NCBI GenBank assembly: GCA_964534375.1
Contig: CAZHPN010000051.1
Coordinates: forward strand, 1 to 34,532
Direction: 5' to 3'
Origin: an uncultured bacterium
Lineage (GTDB): Bacteria; Lernaellota; Lernaellaia; Lernaellales; Lernaellaceae
DNA: 34,532 nt
Shown: positions 25,972 to 34,532 of the stretch, piece after piece
Position numbering within the stretch: the first letter of the stretch is position 1
Layout of the letters: every line of letters begins with the position of its first letter
Translations under genes and position numbers: made by a program
The notes under the pieces: model-generated
Seen by the model: the letters and a program-made list of their open reading frames with translations, nothing else
Told to the model about the DNA's origin: nothing
The model's database searches: none

Positions 25972-27021
25972 TTATTGCAGCACGTCGAACTTCGCCAGTT
26001 CCTCGGCCAGTTTGGTCGCGACCACGCAATTTCCGCTGGCGGTCGGATGCGTATTGTCGATTTTTTGAATGCACGGCTCGCCGCCGCATCGTCCGTCCAG
26101 CAGACCGCGCAGGTCGAGGCAATGAATGCCGAGTTCGGTCAACGAAGCGGCCATGGGACGGGATCGACTCTGTTCGTGAAGAAAGACCGTGAAAAAACCT
26201 TGCGAATTGAACCGTTTTTCAAACTCCGCCTTCGCCTGGGCGAGAATCCGGACGGTCAGCCGGCGATGCGCCGCATCCGACGCCCGCCATAACACGCCGT
26301 CGGAAAAAACATCAAAATGACTCGGCCCGGCGCGGCCGAATTTCGCGCCGTCCCCCGCCGATTTTTTCCCCTCGGCGTACATGCCGGCGCGTTGCAGTTT
26401 TCCGTCCTCGGTCGGCACGTAACGCGGATACGGTCGCAGATGCAAATCCGTCAGGAACGGCCAGCCGGCGGCGCGGTCGATGTGGCAATCGAAGAAAAAA
26501 TAGATGACGAAGCCCTGTCGCTCGGCGATGCCCGGCGGAAAACGCGGGTCCGTCATCAGCGCCAGGAAATTGCCGGGACCCCACCCGGGCACCGCGTAGT
26601 TGTAGACTTTGATTTTCTTGCCGCCGATCACTTCGGCAAAGAACGACGGAATAGTTTCATCGTCCGCCACATTGATGCCGTACACCATCGAATCCACGGC
26701 AAAAAGCGCGAAGGATCGATACTCGTTCTCCGCCGGTTGCACCGTGACGCGCCGGCCGAACTCGTCCGTGCGCTGGACGACGTCGGGGTCGCCGGGGAGC
26801 CCATCGCGAAACCGAATCCGGAGTTCCGCATTGGCGCGTTGATTGCAGCCGAGCCAGTCGTCCCGCTGCTCGAATCGTTGCCCGATGACGGTCATGAACG
26901 ACGGGACGTAGGCGACGACGCGTTTCGCCGCCGACACCAAGCCCACGGCCACGACCGCGCCCAACGCCAAGGCGATGAGCGGCTCGGGAACTCTGCGATG
27001 CCAAAGGCTGAACCGCGCCAC
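25972..27021 (-). CDS. membrane-anchored SGNH/GDSL-like hydrolase (about 349 aa; start uncertain)
   Basis: N-terminal TM; block I-like FAVDSMVYG, block II YNYAVPGWG, C-terminal DNTHPT..GN; GTG at 27021 preferred over the track start. Confidence 0.7.
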   Translation of the reverse strand: MARFSLWHRRVPEPLIALALGAVVAVGLVSAAKRVVAYVPSFMTVIGQRFEQRDDWLGCNQRANAELRIRFRDGLPGDPDVVQRTDEFGRRVTVQPAENEYRSFALFAVDSMVYGINVADDETIPSFFAEVIGGKKIKVYNYAVPGWGPGNFLALMTDPRFPPGIAERQGFVIYFFFDCHIDRAAGWPFLTDLHLRPYPRYVPTEDGKLQRAGMYAEGKKSAGDGAKFGRAGPSHFDVFSDGVLWRASDAAHRRLTVRILAQAKAEFEKRFNSQGFFTVFLHEQSRSRPMAASLTELGIHCLDLRGLLDGRCGGEPCIQKIDNTHPTASGNCVVATKLAEELAKFDVLQ

Positions 27022-27296
27022 GAATCGTTTCCACCCCGCAAATTGTCGCCGGCCGCAAAAAAACGCCCCGAAATCATGCGCTCTTCGCGACGAGAACGTC
27101 AACGGCCGGAACGCGCCCGAACACGGCGGGGCAAACCACGGGATTTCTCTCGAGCGGTCGCCCGCGCCGCCGCGACGCGCGAATCCCGGCGACTGCCGGC
27201 CGAATGTTCTGTTTCTGCCGGGAACTCCTTGAACCTGTTGTTTCGCCCGCGGTTCTGTTACCATCGCCAACTTCAAAAACCGCAACCGGGTTGTCG

Positions 27297-29018
27297 ATGA
27301 AGCGAAAAACCAGCGGCCCGAAAAAAATCTCCTGGCAGGAGTACGCCTTCGCGCACTGGCCGGGGCTGCTGGCGGTCGCCGCGTATCTGGCCGCGTTCGC
27401 GCTATTCCCGTTCTGGCGCTGGCTGATTTTGGCGCCCCTGGTCCCGGTGCTGTTCCGCTTGCTCAAGGCCGACGATTGGCCGGCCCTGCTGACGGCGCTG
27501 CTCTACGTCCTTTGTTTTCCGCATGCGCGCCTCGGCTTCCTCGGGTTCATCTGCCTGACGCCGGTCGTGCTGTCCGTCTGGGGCGACGACCCGCGGCGGG
27601 CGTGGCGGCTCGGTTGGCTCGCCGGCACGTTCGGCAATCTCGGCAAGCTGTACTGGCTCGTGCACACGATCTCGTATTTTTCGCCGATTCCGTTCCCGGT
27701 CGCGGTGTTGATTTTGCTGTTGCTGTGCACGACGCTCGGCCTCTTTTGGGCGATTCATTTTCGCGCGACGCATTGGCTGGTGAATCGCTATCGTCTGCCG
27801 TTATGGTTCGTTTTTCCGGCCGGCTGGGTGTTCTGGGATTATTGGCTGACGTACTTTCTCGGCGGCTTTCCGTGGGAGGTTCTCGGCGGCGCGGCGTTCC
27901 ATATTCCGCTGCTCAACCAGACCTTCGACCTGCTCGGCGAATTCGCCCTGTGCTGGCTGCTCGCCTTCGGCAACGTCGTCGCGGCCCAGTGGGTTCGGTT
28001 CGCGCGCAAGCAGGCCGCCTTCCCGGTCGCGGCTACCGCGGTTCTCGGCGCCGCAACCGTCGCCGGCCTGATTTACGGCGCGCTGCGGACCGACCAGATC
28101 GACGCGCTGATGCGCCAAGGCAAAGAGATCAAGGTCGGCTTGCTGCAGGCGAACGTCGACCAGAACCGCAAGTGGAGCGGCGGTTTCCGCGAGCAGATCA
28201 TCGACGATTACGCGAACCTGGCGGTTTCGGCGGCCGACAACGGGGCGGACTTGATCGTCATGCCCGAGACGTCGAATCCGATGATCCAGCCGCGGTGGAT
28301 GCCGCTCGACGTCGACGTCACCCGCTACCCGTTGGCGGCGAAACGTTACGTGCTTGCCGGCGTGCCGACGGAGGTCAAGCGCCTCGACCGGACCGACCCG
28401 CGCGGCCTCGAGGCGCGTTACAACAGCGCCGTGCTGCTCGCGCCGGAGGGCGAAGACCTCGCGTGGTACGACAAGAACCGTCTGGTGCCGTTCGGCGAGT
28501 ACATACCGAAAAAGCACTGGTTGCAGAAGATCGCCGGCAAGGCGCTCAAAGGCACGTTCAACTTCGAGGAAAGCGGCCGCTACACGTTGATGCCGTACCC
28601 GCCGGCGCAATTTGCGGTGTTCATCTGCTACGAGTCGATTTATCCTTCGACGGTGCGGCGGCTCAACCGCCTGGGCGCGAAATTTCTGGTGACCATCACC
28701 AACGACGCTTGGTTCGGCAACACCAGTTCGCCGCAACAGCATTGGGCCCAGGTGGCGATGCGGGCGATCGAGAACCGCCGTTGGATCGCCCGCGCGGCGA
28801 ACACCGGCATTTCCGGGATCATCGACCCGCTGGGTCGCACGGTCGTCGCCACGCCGCTGGAAGTGAAGACGATGGTGGTCGGTTCCGTGCACACGATGGA
28901 TGTCCACACTGTTTACGAAACCGTCGGCGACGTCGCCGCCTGGCTCGGCTCCGCGCTCTATCTCGCGGCGGTCGGCTACGGGCTGGCGCGCCGGCGCAAG
29001 GAGAAAAAGTCCGCATGA
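27297..29018 (+). CDS. lnt: apolipoprotein N-acyltransferase (573 aa)
   Basis: TM region with GGFPW; nitrilase domain QANVDQ..KW, MPET, YDKNRLVPFGEYIP, ICYES, TNDAWFG, RAIENRR, RAANTGIS; adjacent to prfB. Confidence 0.95.
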   Translation: MKRKTSGPKKISWQEYAFAHWPGLLAVAAYLAAFALFPFWRWLILAPLVPVLFRLLKADDWPALLTALLYVLCFPHARLGFLGFICLTPVVLSVWGDDPRRAWRLGWLAGTFGNLGKLYWLVHTISYFSPIPFPVAVLILLLLCTTLGLFWAIHFRATHWLVNRYRLPLWFVFPAGWVFWDYWLTYFLGGFPWEVLGGAAFHIPLLNQTFDLLGEFALCWLLAFGNVVAAQWVRFARKQAAFPVAATAVLGAATVAGLIYGALRTDQIDALMRQGKEIKVGLLQANVDQNRKWSGGFREQIIDDYANLAVSAADNGADLIVMPETSNPMIQPRWMPLDVDVTRYPLAAKRYVLAGVPTEVKRLDRTDPRGLEARYNSAVLLAPEGEDLAWYDKNRLVPFGEYIPKKHWLQKIAGKALKGTFNFEESGRYTLMPYPPAQFAVFICYESIYPSTVRRLNRLGAKFLVTITNDAWFGNTSSPQQHWAQVAMRAIENRRWIARAANTGISGIIDPLGRTVVATPLEVKTMVVGSVHTMDVHTVYETVGDVAAWLGSALYLAAVGYGLARRRKEKKSA

Positions 29019-30116
29019 TGACCGAAGACCACAAAGAAGGCGTCGCCGCGATTCGCCGCAAACTCGAAGACCTTCGGGGGTATCTTTGATTTAGCTCCGC
29101 GGCGCGCGCGGCTGGCCGAGTTGGAAAAGCTGACGGCCGTCGAAGGCCTGTGGAGCGACGCGGCCAAGGCGAAGGCCATTCTTAAAGAGAAAAGCGACAT
29201 CGAAAAAGAACTGGCCGAGTGGGCGGGCCTCGAAGCGCAAATCGAGGAACTCGAAATCACGCTCGAACTCGCCCTGGAGAGCCAGGATGCGGACCTCGCC
29301 GCCGAGCTGCCGGCCAAACTCGACGCGGCCCGGGACCGGCTGCGCGCCGCCGAGCTGCAAATGCTGTTTTCCGAGGAGACCGACGCCGCCGACGCGATTC
29401 TCGAAATTCATTCCGGCGCCGGCGGCACCGAATCGCAGGACTGGGCGCAGATGCTGCTGCGCATGTACCTGCGTTACGCCGAGCGGCAGGGCTTTGCCGT
29501 CGATTCGATGGACGAGCAGCCCGGCGAAGAAGCGGGCATCAAGGGCGCGACGGTCGAGATCCATGGCAAGAACGCTTTCGGCCTGCTCAAGGCCGAGAAC
29601 GGCGTGCACCGGCTGGTGCGCATTTCGCCGTTCGACGCCAACGCCCGCCGGCACACCTCGTTCGCCAGCGTTTTTGTTTATCCGGACATCGAAGAGACGA
29701 TCGAGATCGAGATCGACGAGAACGACCTGCGCATCGACACCTACCGGGCCGGCGGCGCCGGCGGTCAGCACGTCAACAAGACCAGCAGCGCCGTGCGCCT
29801 GACGCACCTGCCGACCGGCATCGTCGTGCAGTGCCAAAACGAACGCAGCCAGCATCGCAACAAGGCGCTGGCGATGAAGGTGCTCAAGGCGCGGCTCTAT
29901 CAGATGAAAGTGCAGGAAAAAGAGGCCGAGAAGCAGGCCGCCCACGACCAGAAAACGGACATCGCCTGGGGCCACCAAATCCGTTCCTACGTGCTGCACC
30001 CGTACCGCATGATCAAGGATCTGCGCACGGGGGTCGAAACCGGCAATGTCGACCCGGTGCTGGACGGCGATTTGCAGAAATTTATTGAAGCGTATCTGCT
30101 GTCGCAGAAAAAGTGA
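29015..30116 (+). CDS. prfB: peptide chain release factor 2, +1 programmed frameshift (about 366 aa)
   Basis: First frame MMTED..LRGYL ends CTT TGA at 29084-29089; +1 frame continues DLAPRR..; [17 protein letters not shown]. Confidence 0.97.
29075..29090 (+). promoter_or_regulatory. prfB autoregulatory frameshift site
   Basis: CGGGGG TAT CTT TGA T: internal SD-like run followed by the slippery CTT-TGA. Confidence 0.93.
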
Positions 30117-30125
30117 GATTGGCCG

Positions 30126-30202
30126 CGTCCCCGACGGGACGGTCAGTTACGCGCGAATCGAAAGAAATAGGACATATAGGTCCTATAGGTCCTATAGGTC
30201 CC
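30126..30202. repeat. CGTCCC-CGAC-GGGACG hairpin and 4x 9-mer ATAGGTCCT-like array
   Basis: ATAGGACAT ATAGGTCCT ATAGGTCCT ATAGGTCCC at 30167-30202, in the convergent prfB/parC gap. Confidence 0.85.
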
Positions 30203-30266
30203 ATCGAAACTTTCGCGACGGATTATCTCGGCAATTCGTAAAAACTCTGCGCCCGGCCGGGCCTGC

Positions 30267-32336
30267 TCAGGCTTCCGCGTCGCCGTTTGGTTCGTCGCCA
30301 TTCGCTTCGGCGGCCACGGTCTCGGCTTCGCCGGCGTGCTTGGCGTATTGCTCGGCGGATATCGCTTTCACCGTAAGGATGCGGTGTTTGCTGATGACGT
30401 TGCCGCCGGCGTCGCGGCCTTTGACGAGCAGGCCGCCGAAGTTGAACCAGCGGTCGGTTTGAATGCGCGGCTTTTTGCGCAGCTTGATGTGCACGAATTT
30501 TTCGGCGCCGGGTTCGCAGAAAAGGATGCGCGGTTTCTGGGCATGCCGCCCGAGGTTGTAAATTTTTTCGCGCGTCACGCCGCCGACTTGAATGCGTTTC
30601 ACCCACGCCTTGCCGGTCAGCGCATCCTCATAAATGATATTGAACACGGTCTCGCGATCTTCGGCGGCGAACAACTGCGCATGGATGATTTTTTCGCCGA
30701 CGTAGACTTTTTCGGCGACCCGGACCACCTGCATGCCGCCGTTTTCGACGACGACGATCACATCGTCGAGCGTCGAGCAAGCGCCGAGTTCCTCGGCGTT
30801 TTTCAGATCCGTGCCTACAAACCCGCCCTCGCGGTCGACGTAAAGTTTGGCGGTGCGTTCGACAACTTCGACTGCCTTGATCGCGTCGAACGACTCCATG
30901 ACCGAGCGGCGCTCGCGGCCCGGGCCGTAGACTTTTTGCAGGTGGTCGAACCACTCGATCGTAAACGCCACCAAATTGCGCAGGTTTTTCTTGACCTGCT
31001 TGATTTCCTCGTCGATGGCCAGCAGTTCGTCGCGGGCGCGCTGGGCGTCCCACGCGCTGATGCGGCGCATTTTCACTTCGGTCAGCATCACCAGATCGTC
31101 GGGCGTGACCTCGCGGCGCAGCGTCTTTTTGAACGGCTCCAGGCCGGCGTCGATTTCGCCGAGCACCGATTCCCACGTTTTGCTTTTCTCGATGCGCAGG
31201 TAAATGCGGTTCTCGACGAAAATCTGCACCAGGCTCTTGTTGTGCCAGCGCTGCTCGAGCTGCGAAAGCTGATATTCGAGATCGCGCTTGAGCAGGGCCT
31301 TCGTCCGGTCGGCGGCGACGGCGACCATTTCCATCGCGCCCATCGTCTCGGGTTTGCCGTCGACGATGACCATGCCATTCGGGCTGTGCGACAGCTCGCA
31401 TTCGGTGAATGCGTAAAGCGCGTCGATCGCCTTGTCCATTTCCACGCCGCGCTGGAAGACGACGTGGACCGCCACCTCGGCGGCCGTGTTGTCGTCGATC
31501 CGCGCGAGCTTGATTTTGCCCTTGTCGGCGGCGGCGAGAATCGAATCGATGAGCGAGGCGGTCGTCGCGCCGAAGGGGATTTCGCGGATGACGATCGTCT
31601 TGCCGTCGCCCTTTTCCAGCTTGGCGCGGACCTTAACGCGCGACCCGGGCCGGCCGTCGTTATAGGCGGAAACGTCGAGCAATCCGCCGGTCGGGAAATC
31701 GGGGAACAATTCGAACGGCTCCTGCCGCAGGTACGATTTCACTGCTTCGCAAATTTCGATGAAATTGTGCGGCAGAATCTTCGTCGAAAGGCCGACCGCG
31801 ATGCCCTCGGCGCCGGTCAGCAACAAAATCGGGAACCGCGCGGGCAGGGTGAGCGGCTCGCGCCGGCGGCCGTCATACGACAGCTTGTAGTCGGTCAGGT
31901 GCGGCGCAAAGAGCACCTCTTTGGCGAATTTCGTCAGCCGGGCTTCGATGTACCGCGGCGCCGCGGCGGCGTCGCCGGTCGCAGGATCGCCCCAGTTGCC
32001 CTGCGGGTCGACGAGCAGGCCGCGTTGGCCCATGCCGACCAGGGCCGCGCCGATCGAGGCGTCGCCGTGCGGGTGGTATTGCATCGTGTGGCCGATGATA
32101 TTGGCCACTTTGTGATATCGACCGTCGTCCATTTCCCACAGCGAGTGCATCAGGCGGCGCTGCACAGGCTTGAAGCCGTCGGCAAGATCGGGAATCGCGC
32201 GGTCCGTGATGACGTACGACGCGTACTGCAAAAAATAATCGCGGTAGGTGTCTTCGAGGCCCAGCTTGGCCGGCGGGCGCGGCGCGGCGAGCGGCAACTC
32301 GGTCTGGCCGGCGCCTTTTTTTCGCCGCGGCGTCAT
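30267..32336 (-). CDS. parC: DNA topoisomerase IV subunit A (type IIA, GyrA/ParC family) (689 aa)
   Basis: YASYVI.DRAIP..DGFKPVQRR, YHPHGDASI, QGNWG, AAAPRYIEARL (catalytic Tyr), GIAVG; no GyrA box seen; ATG overlaps the parE stop. Confidence 0.9.
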   Translation of the reverse strand: MTPRRKKGAGQTELPLAAPRPPAKLGLEDTYRDYFLQYASYVITDRAIPDLADGFKPVQRRLMHSLWEMDDGRYHKVANIIGHTMQYHPHGDASIGAALVGMGQRGLLVDPQGNWGDPATGDAAAAPRYIEARLTKFAKEVLFAPHLTDYKLSYDGRRREPLTLPARFPILLLTGAEGIAVGLSTKILPHNFIEICEAVKSYLRQEPFELFPDFPTGGLLDVSAYNDGRPGSRVKVRAKLEKGDGKTIVIREIPFGATTASLIDSILAAADKGKIKLARIDDNTAAEVAVHVVFQRGVEMDKAIDALYAFTECELSHSPNGMVIVDGKPETMGAMEMVAVAADRTKALLKRDLEYQLSQLEQRWHNKSLVQIFVENRIYLRIEKSKTWESVLGEIDAGLEPFKKTLRREVTPDDLVMLTEVKMRRISAWDAQRARDELLAIDEEIKQVKKNLRNLVAFTIEWFDHLQKVYGPGRERRSVMESFDAIKAVEVVERTAKLYVDREGGFVGTDLKNAEELGACSTLDDVIVVVENGGMQVVRVAEKVYVGEKIIHAQLFAAEDRETVFNIIYEDALTGKAWVKRIQVGGVTREKIYNLGRHAQKPRILFCEPGAEKFVHIKLRKKPRIQTDRWFNFGGLLVKGRDAGGNVISKHRILTVKAISAEQYAKHAGEAETVAAEANGDEPNGDAEA

Positions 32337-34216
32337 GGGTGCACGCCTTGTTCGGCGGCCAGGTCGGCGGGCTCGATGATCAGATTTTTGACAATGTCGT
32401 CGCGGCGCTCGGGCGTGTTTTTGCCCATGTAATAGCGCAGCACGTCTTTGAGGTGCGCGGCGGCGGGCCACTGGACCTGATCGAGCCGGATGTCGCGGCC
32501 GATCATCCCGCCCAGTTCGTCGGGTGAAATTTCGCCGAGGCCTTTGAACCGCGTGATTTCCGCGTGGGGGCCGAGTTCGGCGATCGCGCGCTGCCGTTCG
32601 GGGTCGCTGTAGCAATAGTGCGTCGTTTTTTTGTCGCGCACCCGAAAGAGCGGCGTCTGCAAAATGTACAGGTGGCCGCGGCGCGTGAGTTCCGGATAAA
32701 ACTGCAGGAAAAACGTCAGCAGCAGCAGCCGGATGTGCATGCCGTCGACGTCGGCGTCGGTGGCGATGATCACCTGGTTGTAGCGCAGGCCGTCGAGTTC
32801 GGTTTCGACGCCGAGCGCGTGCTGCAGCAGGTTGAGTTCCTCGTTCTCGTAGACGATCTTGCGCGACAGGCCGTAGCAGTTCAGCGGCTTGCCCTTGAGC
32901 GAAAAAACGGCCTGCACTTCCGGGTTGCGCGACTTGGTCATGCTGCCCGAGGCGCTGTCGCCTTCGGTGATGAACAGTTGCGTTTCCTCGCGCTGTTTGG
33001 CGGCCGGCTCGTTGAAGTGGGCGCGGCAGTCGCGCAGCTTTTTGTTGTGCAGGTTGGCCTTTTTTTGCCGTTCGCCGGCAAGCTTCTTGATGCCGGCCAG
33101 TTCTTTGCGCTCGTGCTCGTTTTGTTGGATCTTCTGCTGCACCGCCTTGGCGATATCCGGGTTTTTGTGCAGGTGCTTTTCCAGCATGTCGCGGACATAA
33201 TCGACGACCCAACTGCGCAGCGGCGGGCCCTCGGGCGTGACCATCGTCGAGCCGAGCTTGGTCTTGGTCTGCGATTCGAAAACCGGCTCGTGCAAGCGCA
33301 CCAGCACCGCCGCAACGACGCCGCCGCGAGCGTCCGCCGGGTCGAAATCTTTCTTGAAATACTCGCGGTACGCTTTAAGCACTCCCTCGCGGAACGCGGC
33401 CTGGTGCGTGCCGCCGTCGGGCGTGTACTGGCCGTTGACGAACGACAGATATTCCTCGCCGTAGTTGGCCGTGTGCGTGATCGCGAATTCGATTTCGTCG
33501 CTGACGACGTGGATCACCGGGTAGAGCGCCTCGTCGTTGACCTCTTTGGCCAGCAGGTCGGCCAGGCCGTTGTCGCAGGCGATGACCTCACCGTTGAACA
33601 GCAGCTTGAAGCCGCGGTTGAGGAAGGCGTACATCCAGAGCCGCTCGCGCACGTGCTCGGCGCGGTACTGATACTTGCTGAAAATCTCGTTGTCCGGCGA
33701 GAACCGCACCAGGGTGCCGTTCGGCTCTTTCGTCGGCTCGGGCCGGTATTCCTTGAACAGCACGCCGTGCTTGAATTCGGCGCGCTTGACCTGGCCCTCG
33801 CGGTACGATTCGACGAGGAAATGCTCCGACAGCGCGTTGACCGCCTTCGTGCCGACGCCGTTGAGGCCGACCGACCGATAAAAGGCGCCCTTGTCGTATT
33901 TGGCGCCCGTGTTGATCTTCGCCACGCACTCGATCAGTTTGCCGTGCGGGATGCCGCGACCGTAATCGCGCACCGTAACGTTGGGGCCGTCGATCTGGAT
34001 CAACACCCGCCGGCCGGCGCCCATCAGGAACTCGTCGACCGCGTTGTCGACCACTTCTTTGAGCAGCACGTAAATGCCGTCGTCGTATTGCGTGCCGTCG
34101 CCCAGTTTGCCGATGTACATGCCCGGCCGCGTGCGGATGTGCTCGCGCCAGTCCAAACTGCGGACGTGTTCTTCCGTGTAGTCGGCGAGGCCGGTTTGAC
34201 CATTCTTACGGATCAC
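32333..34216 (-). CDS. parE: DNA topoisomerase IV subunit B (627 aa)
   Basis: HIRTRPGMYIG, EVVDNAVDE, VRDYGRGIP, GLNGVG.KAVNALS, FESQTK.KL, TEGDSA, SLKGKPLN, ATDADVDGMHI, RFKGLGE; GTG at 34216 with AGGAG SD. Confidence 0.93.
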   Translation of the reverse strand: MIRKNGQTGLADYTEEHVRSLDWREHIRTRPGMYIGKLGDGTQYDDGIYVLLKEVVDNAVDEFLMGAGRRVLIQIDGPNVTVRDYGRGIPHGKLIECVAKINTGAKYDKGAFYRSVGLNGVGTKAVNALSEHFLVESYREGQVKRAEFKHGVLFKEYRPEPTKEPNGTLVRFSPDNEIFSKYQYRAEHVRERLWMYAFLNRGFKLLFNGEVIACDNGLADLLAKEVNDEALYPVIHVVSDEIEFAITHTANYGEEYLSFVNGQYTPDGGTHQAAFREGVLKAYREYFKKDFDPADARGGVVAAVLVRLHEPVFESQTKTKLGSTMVTPEGPPLRSWVVDYVRDMLEKHLHKNPDIAKAVQQKIQQNEHERKELAGIKKLAGERQKKANLHNKKLRDCRAHFNEPAAKQREETQLFITEGDSASGSMTKSRNPEVQAVFSLKGKPLNCYGLSRKIVYENEELNLLQHALGVETELDGLRYNQVIIATDADVDGMHIRLLLLTFFLQFYPELTRRGHLYILQTPLFRVRDKKTTHYCYSDPERQRAIAELGPHAEITRFKGLGEISPDELGGMIGRDIRLDQVQWPAAAHLKDVLRYYMGKNTPERRDDIVKNLIIEPADLAAEQGVHP

Positions 34217-34299
34217 GGCGCACACTCCTCTCCGCATCCTCTTAAATCAACATTTTGTGCCACAGAAGGGCCAAAACGTCAAGATATAGCGCGAATCGG

Positions 34300-34451
34300 T
34301 AGTGTTTCAGTTCGCTCTTGCATTTTTCGCCGCCGCTGCCGTGTCGTCGATCAACCGCTTTCTTCGAGAAGGCGTTCGTCCGGGTCACGCCGACCAGATC
34401 CTCGAAAAACTCAAAAGATATTGTTGGCGTATTTCTGACTCAGAACCCTAG
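34300..34451 (+). mobile_element. IS630-family remnant (transposase C-terminus and right end)
   Basis: 34389-34451 reads ADQILEKLKRYCWRISDSEP*, preceded out of frame by KAFVRVT, resembling IS630 C-termini (KPFVWT..AD.IL.K....ISDSGH*); ends in a TA within CTAG; possible left end TAGTGTTTC at 34300. Confidence 0.55.
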
Positions 34452-34531
34452 AAGCGAGCCTCGACGCCCACGCGGAGCTGCAGCGGCTCGGTGGGGTGCA
34501 GGTGCACCTGGAACGCGGGCGCCGCGGTGGG
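34448..34531 (-). CDS. 3' end of a probable TonB-dependent receptor/outer-membrane beta-barrel
   Basis: ..PTAAPAFQVHLHPTEPLQLRVGVEARF*: alternating terminal beta-strand ending in Phe, with an H.HP.EP motif; truncated by the window edge. Confidence 0.55.
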   Translation of the reverse strand, partial: PTAAPAFQVHLHPTEPLQLRVGVEARF

Positions 34532-34532
34532 G

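Noticed and set aside
21273..27021. Saxitoxin biosynthesis cluster
   Set aside because: Only the generic SxtI/J/K/L-like module is present; no SxtA PKS-like enzyme, amidinotransferase or other core genes.
27121..27170. GGCAAACC motif suggesting a c-di-GMP-I riboswitch
   Set aside because: No GNRA-capped stem or downstream GACGCAAAGC-type element follows.
34252..34282. TTGACG..CAAAAT promoter upstream of parE
   Set aside because: 19-nt spacer and weak -10; not supportable without TSS data.

Overview
High-GC chromosomal segment from a Gram-negative bacterium (lnt, a lipoprotein and a beta-barrel C-terminus are present; the gene content suggests a deltaproteobacterium-like organism, which is inference). 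About 26 CDS are supported. Left: a 946-aa double radical SAM/SPASM protein translationally coupled to a third rSAM/SPASM gene, then chagasin-like and DUF2914-like exported proteins, a 427-aa unknown, a DMT-like membrane protein, a DegT aminotransferase, a MepA-like murein endopeptidase lipoprotein and a receiver-domain/PEP-synthase-N fusion. Middle: an envelope/glycan-modification block (GT4, membrane spermidine-synthase-like protein, TMTC-like GT-C, transglutaminase-like protein + ABC ATPase). An SxtJ-like/DUF5989/NodU-carbamoyltransferase cassette converges on an SGNH hydrolase - cysteine desulfurase - TusA - PP-loop ATPase run. Right: lnt, prfB (+1 frameshift), parC/parE, an IS630 remnant and the 3' end of a probable TonB-dependent receptor. 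Best candidates for something new: (1) a dedicated IscS/TusA sulfur relay feeding an N-acetyl-sugar-amidotransferase-like PP-loop enzyme beside a carbamoyltransferase, possibly a thio-modification pathway; (2) the triple rSAM/SPASM unit whose inter-domain linker is exactly 12 heptamer repeats (84 bp), possibly a fuse/split switch; (3) several families of inverted 7- and 9-mer tandem arrays in intergenic regions. All family calls come from motif recognition by eye; no database search was run.
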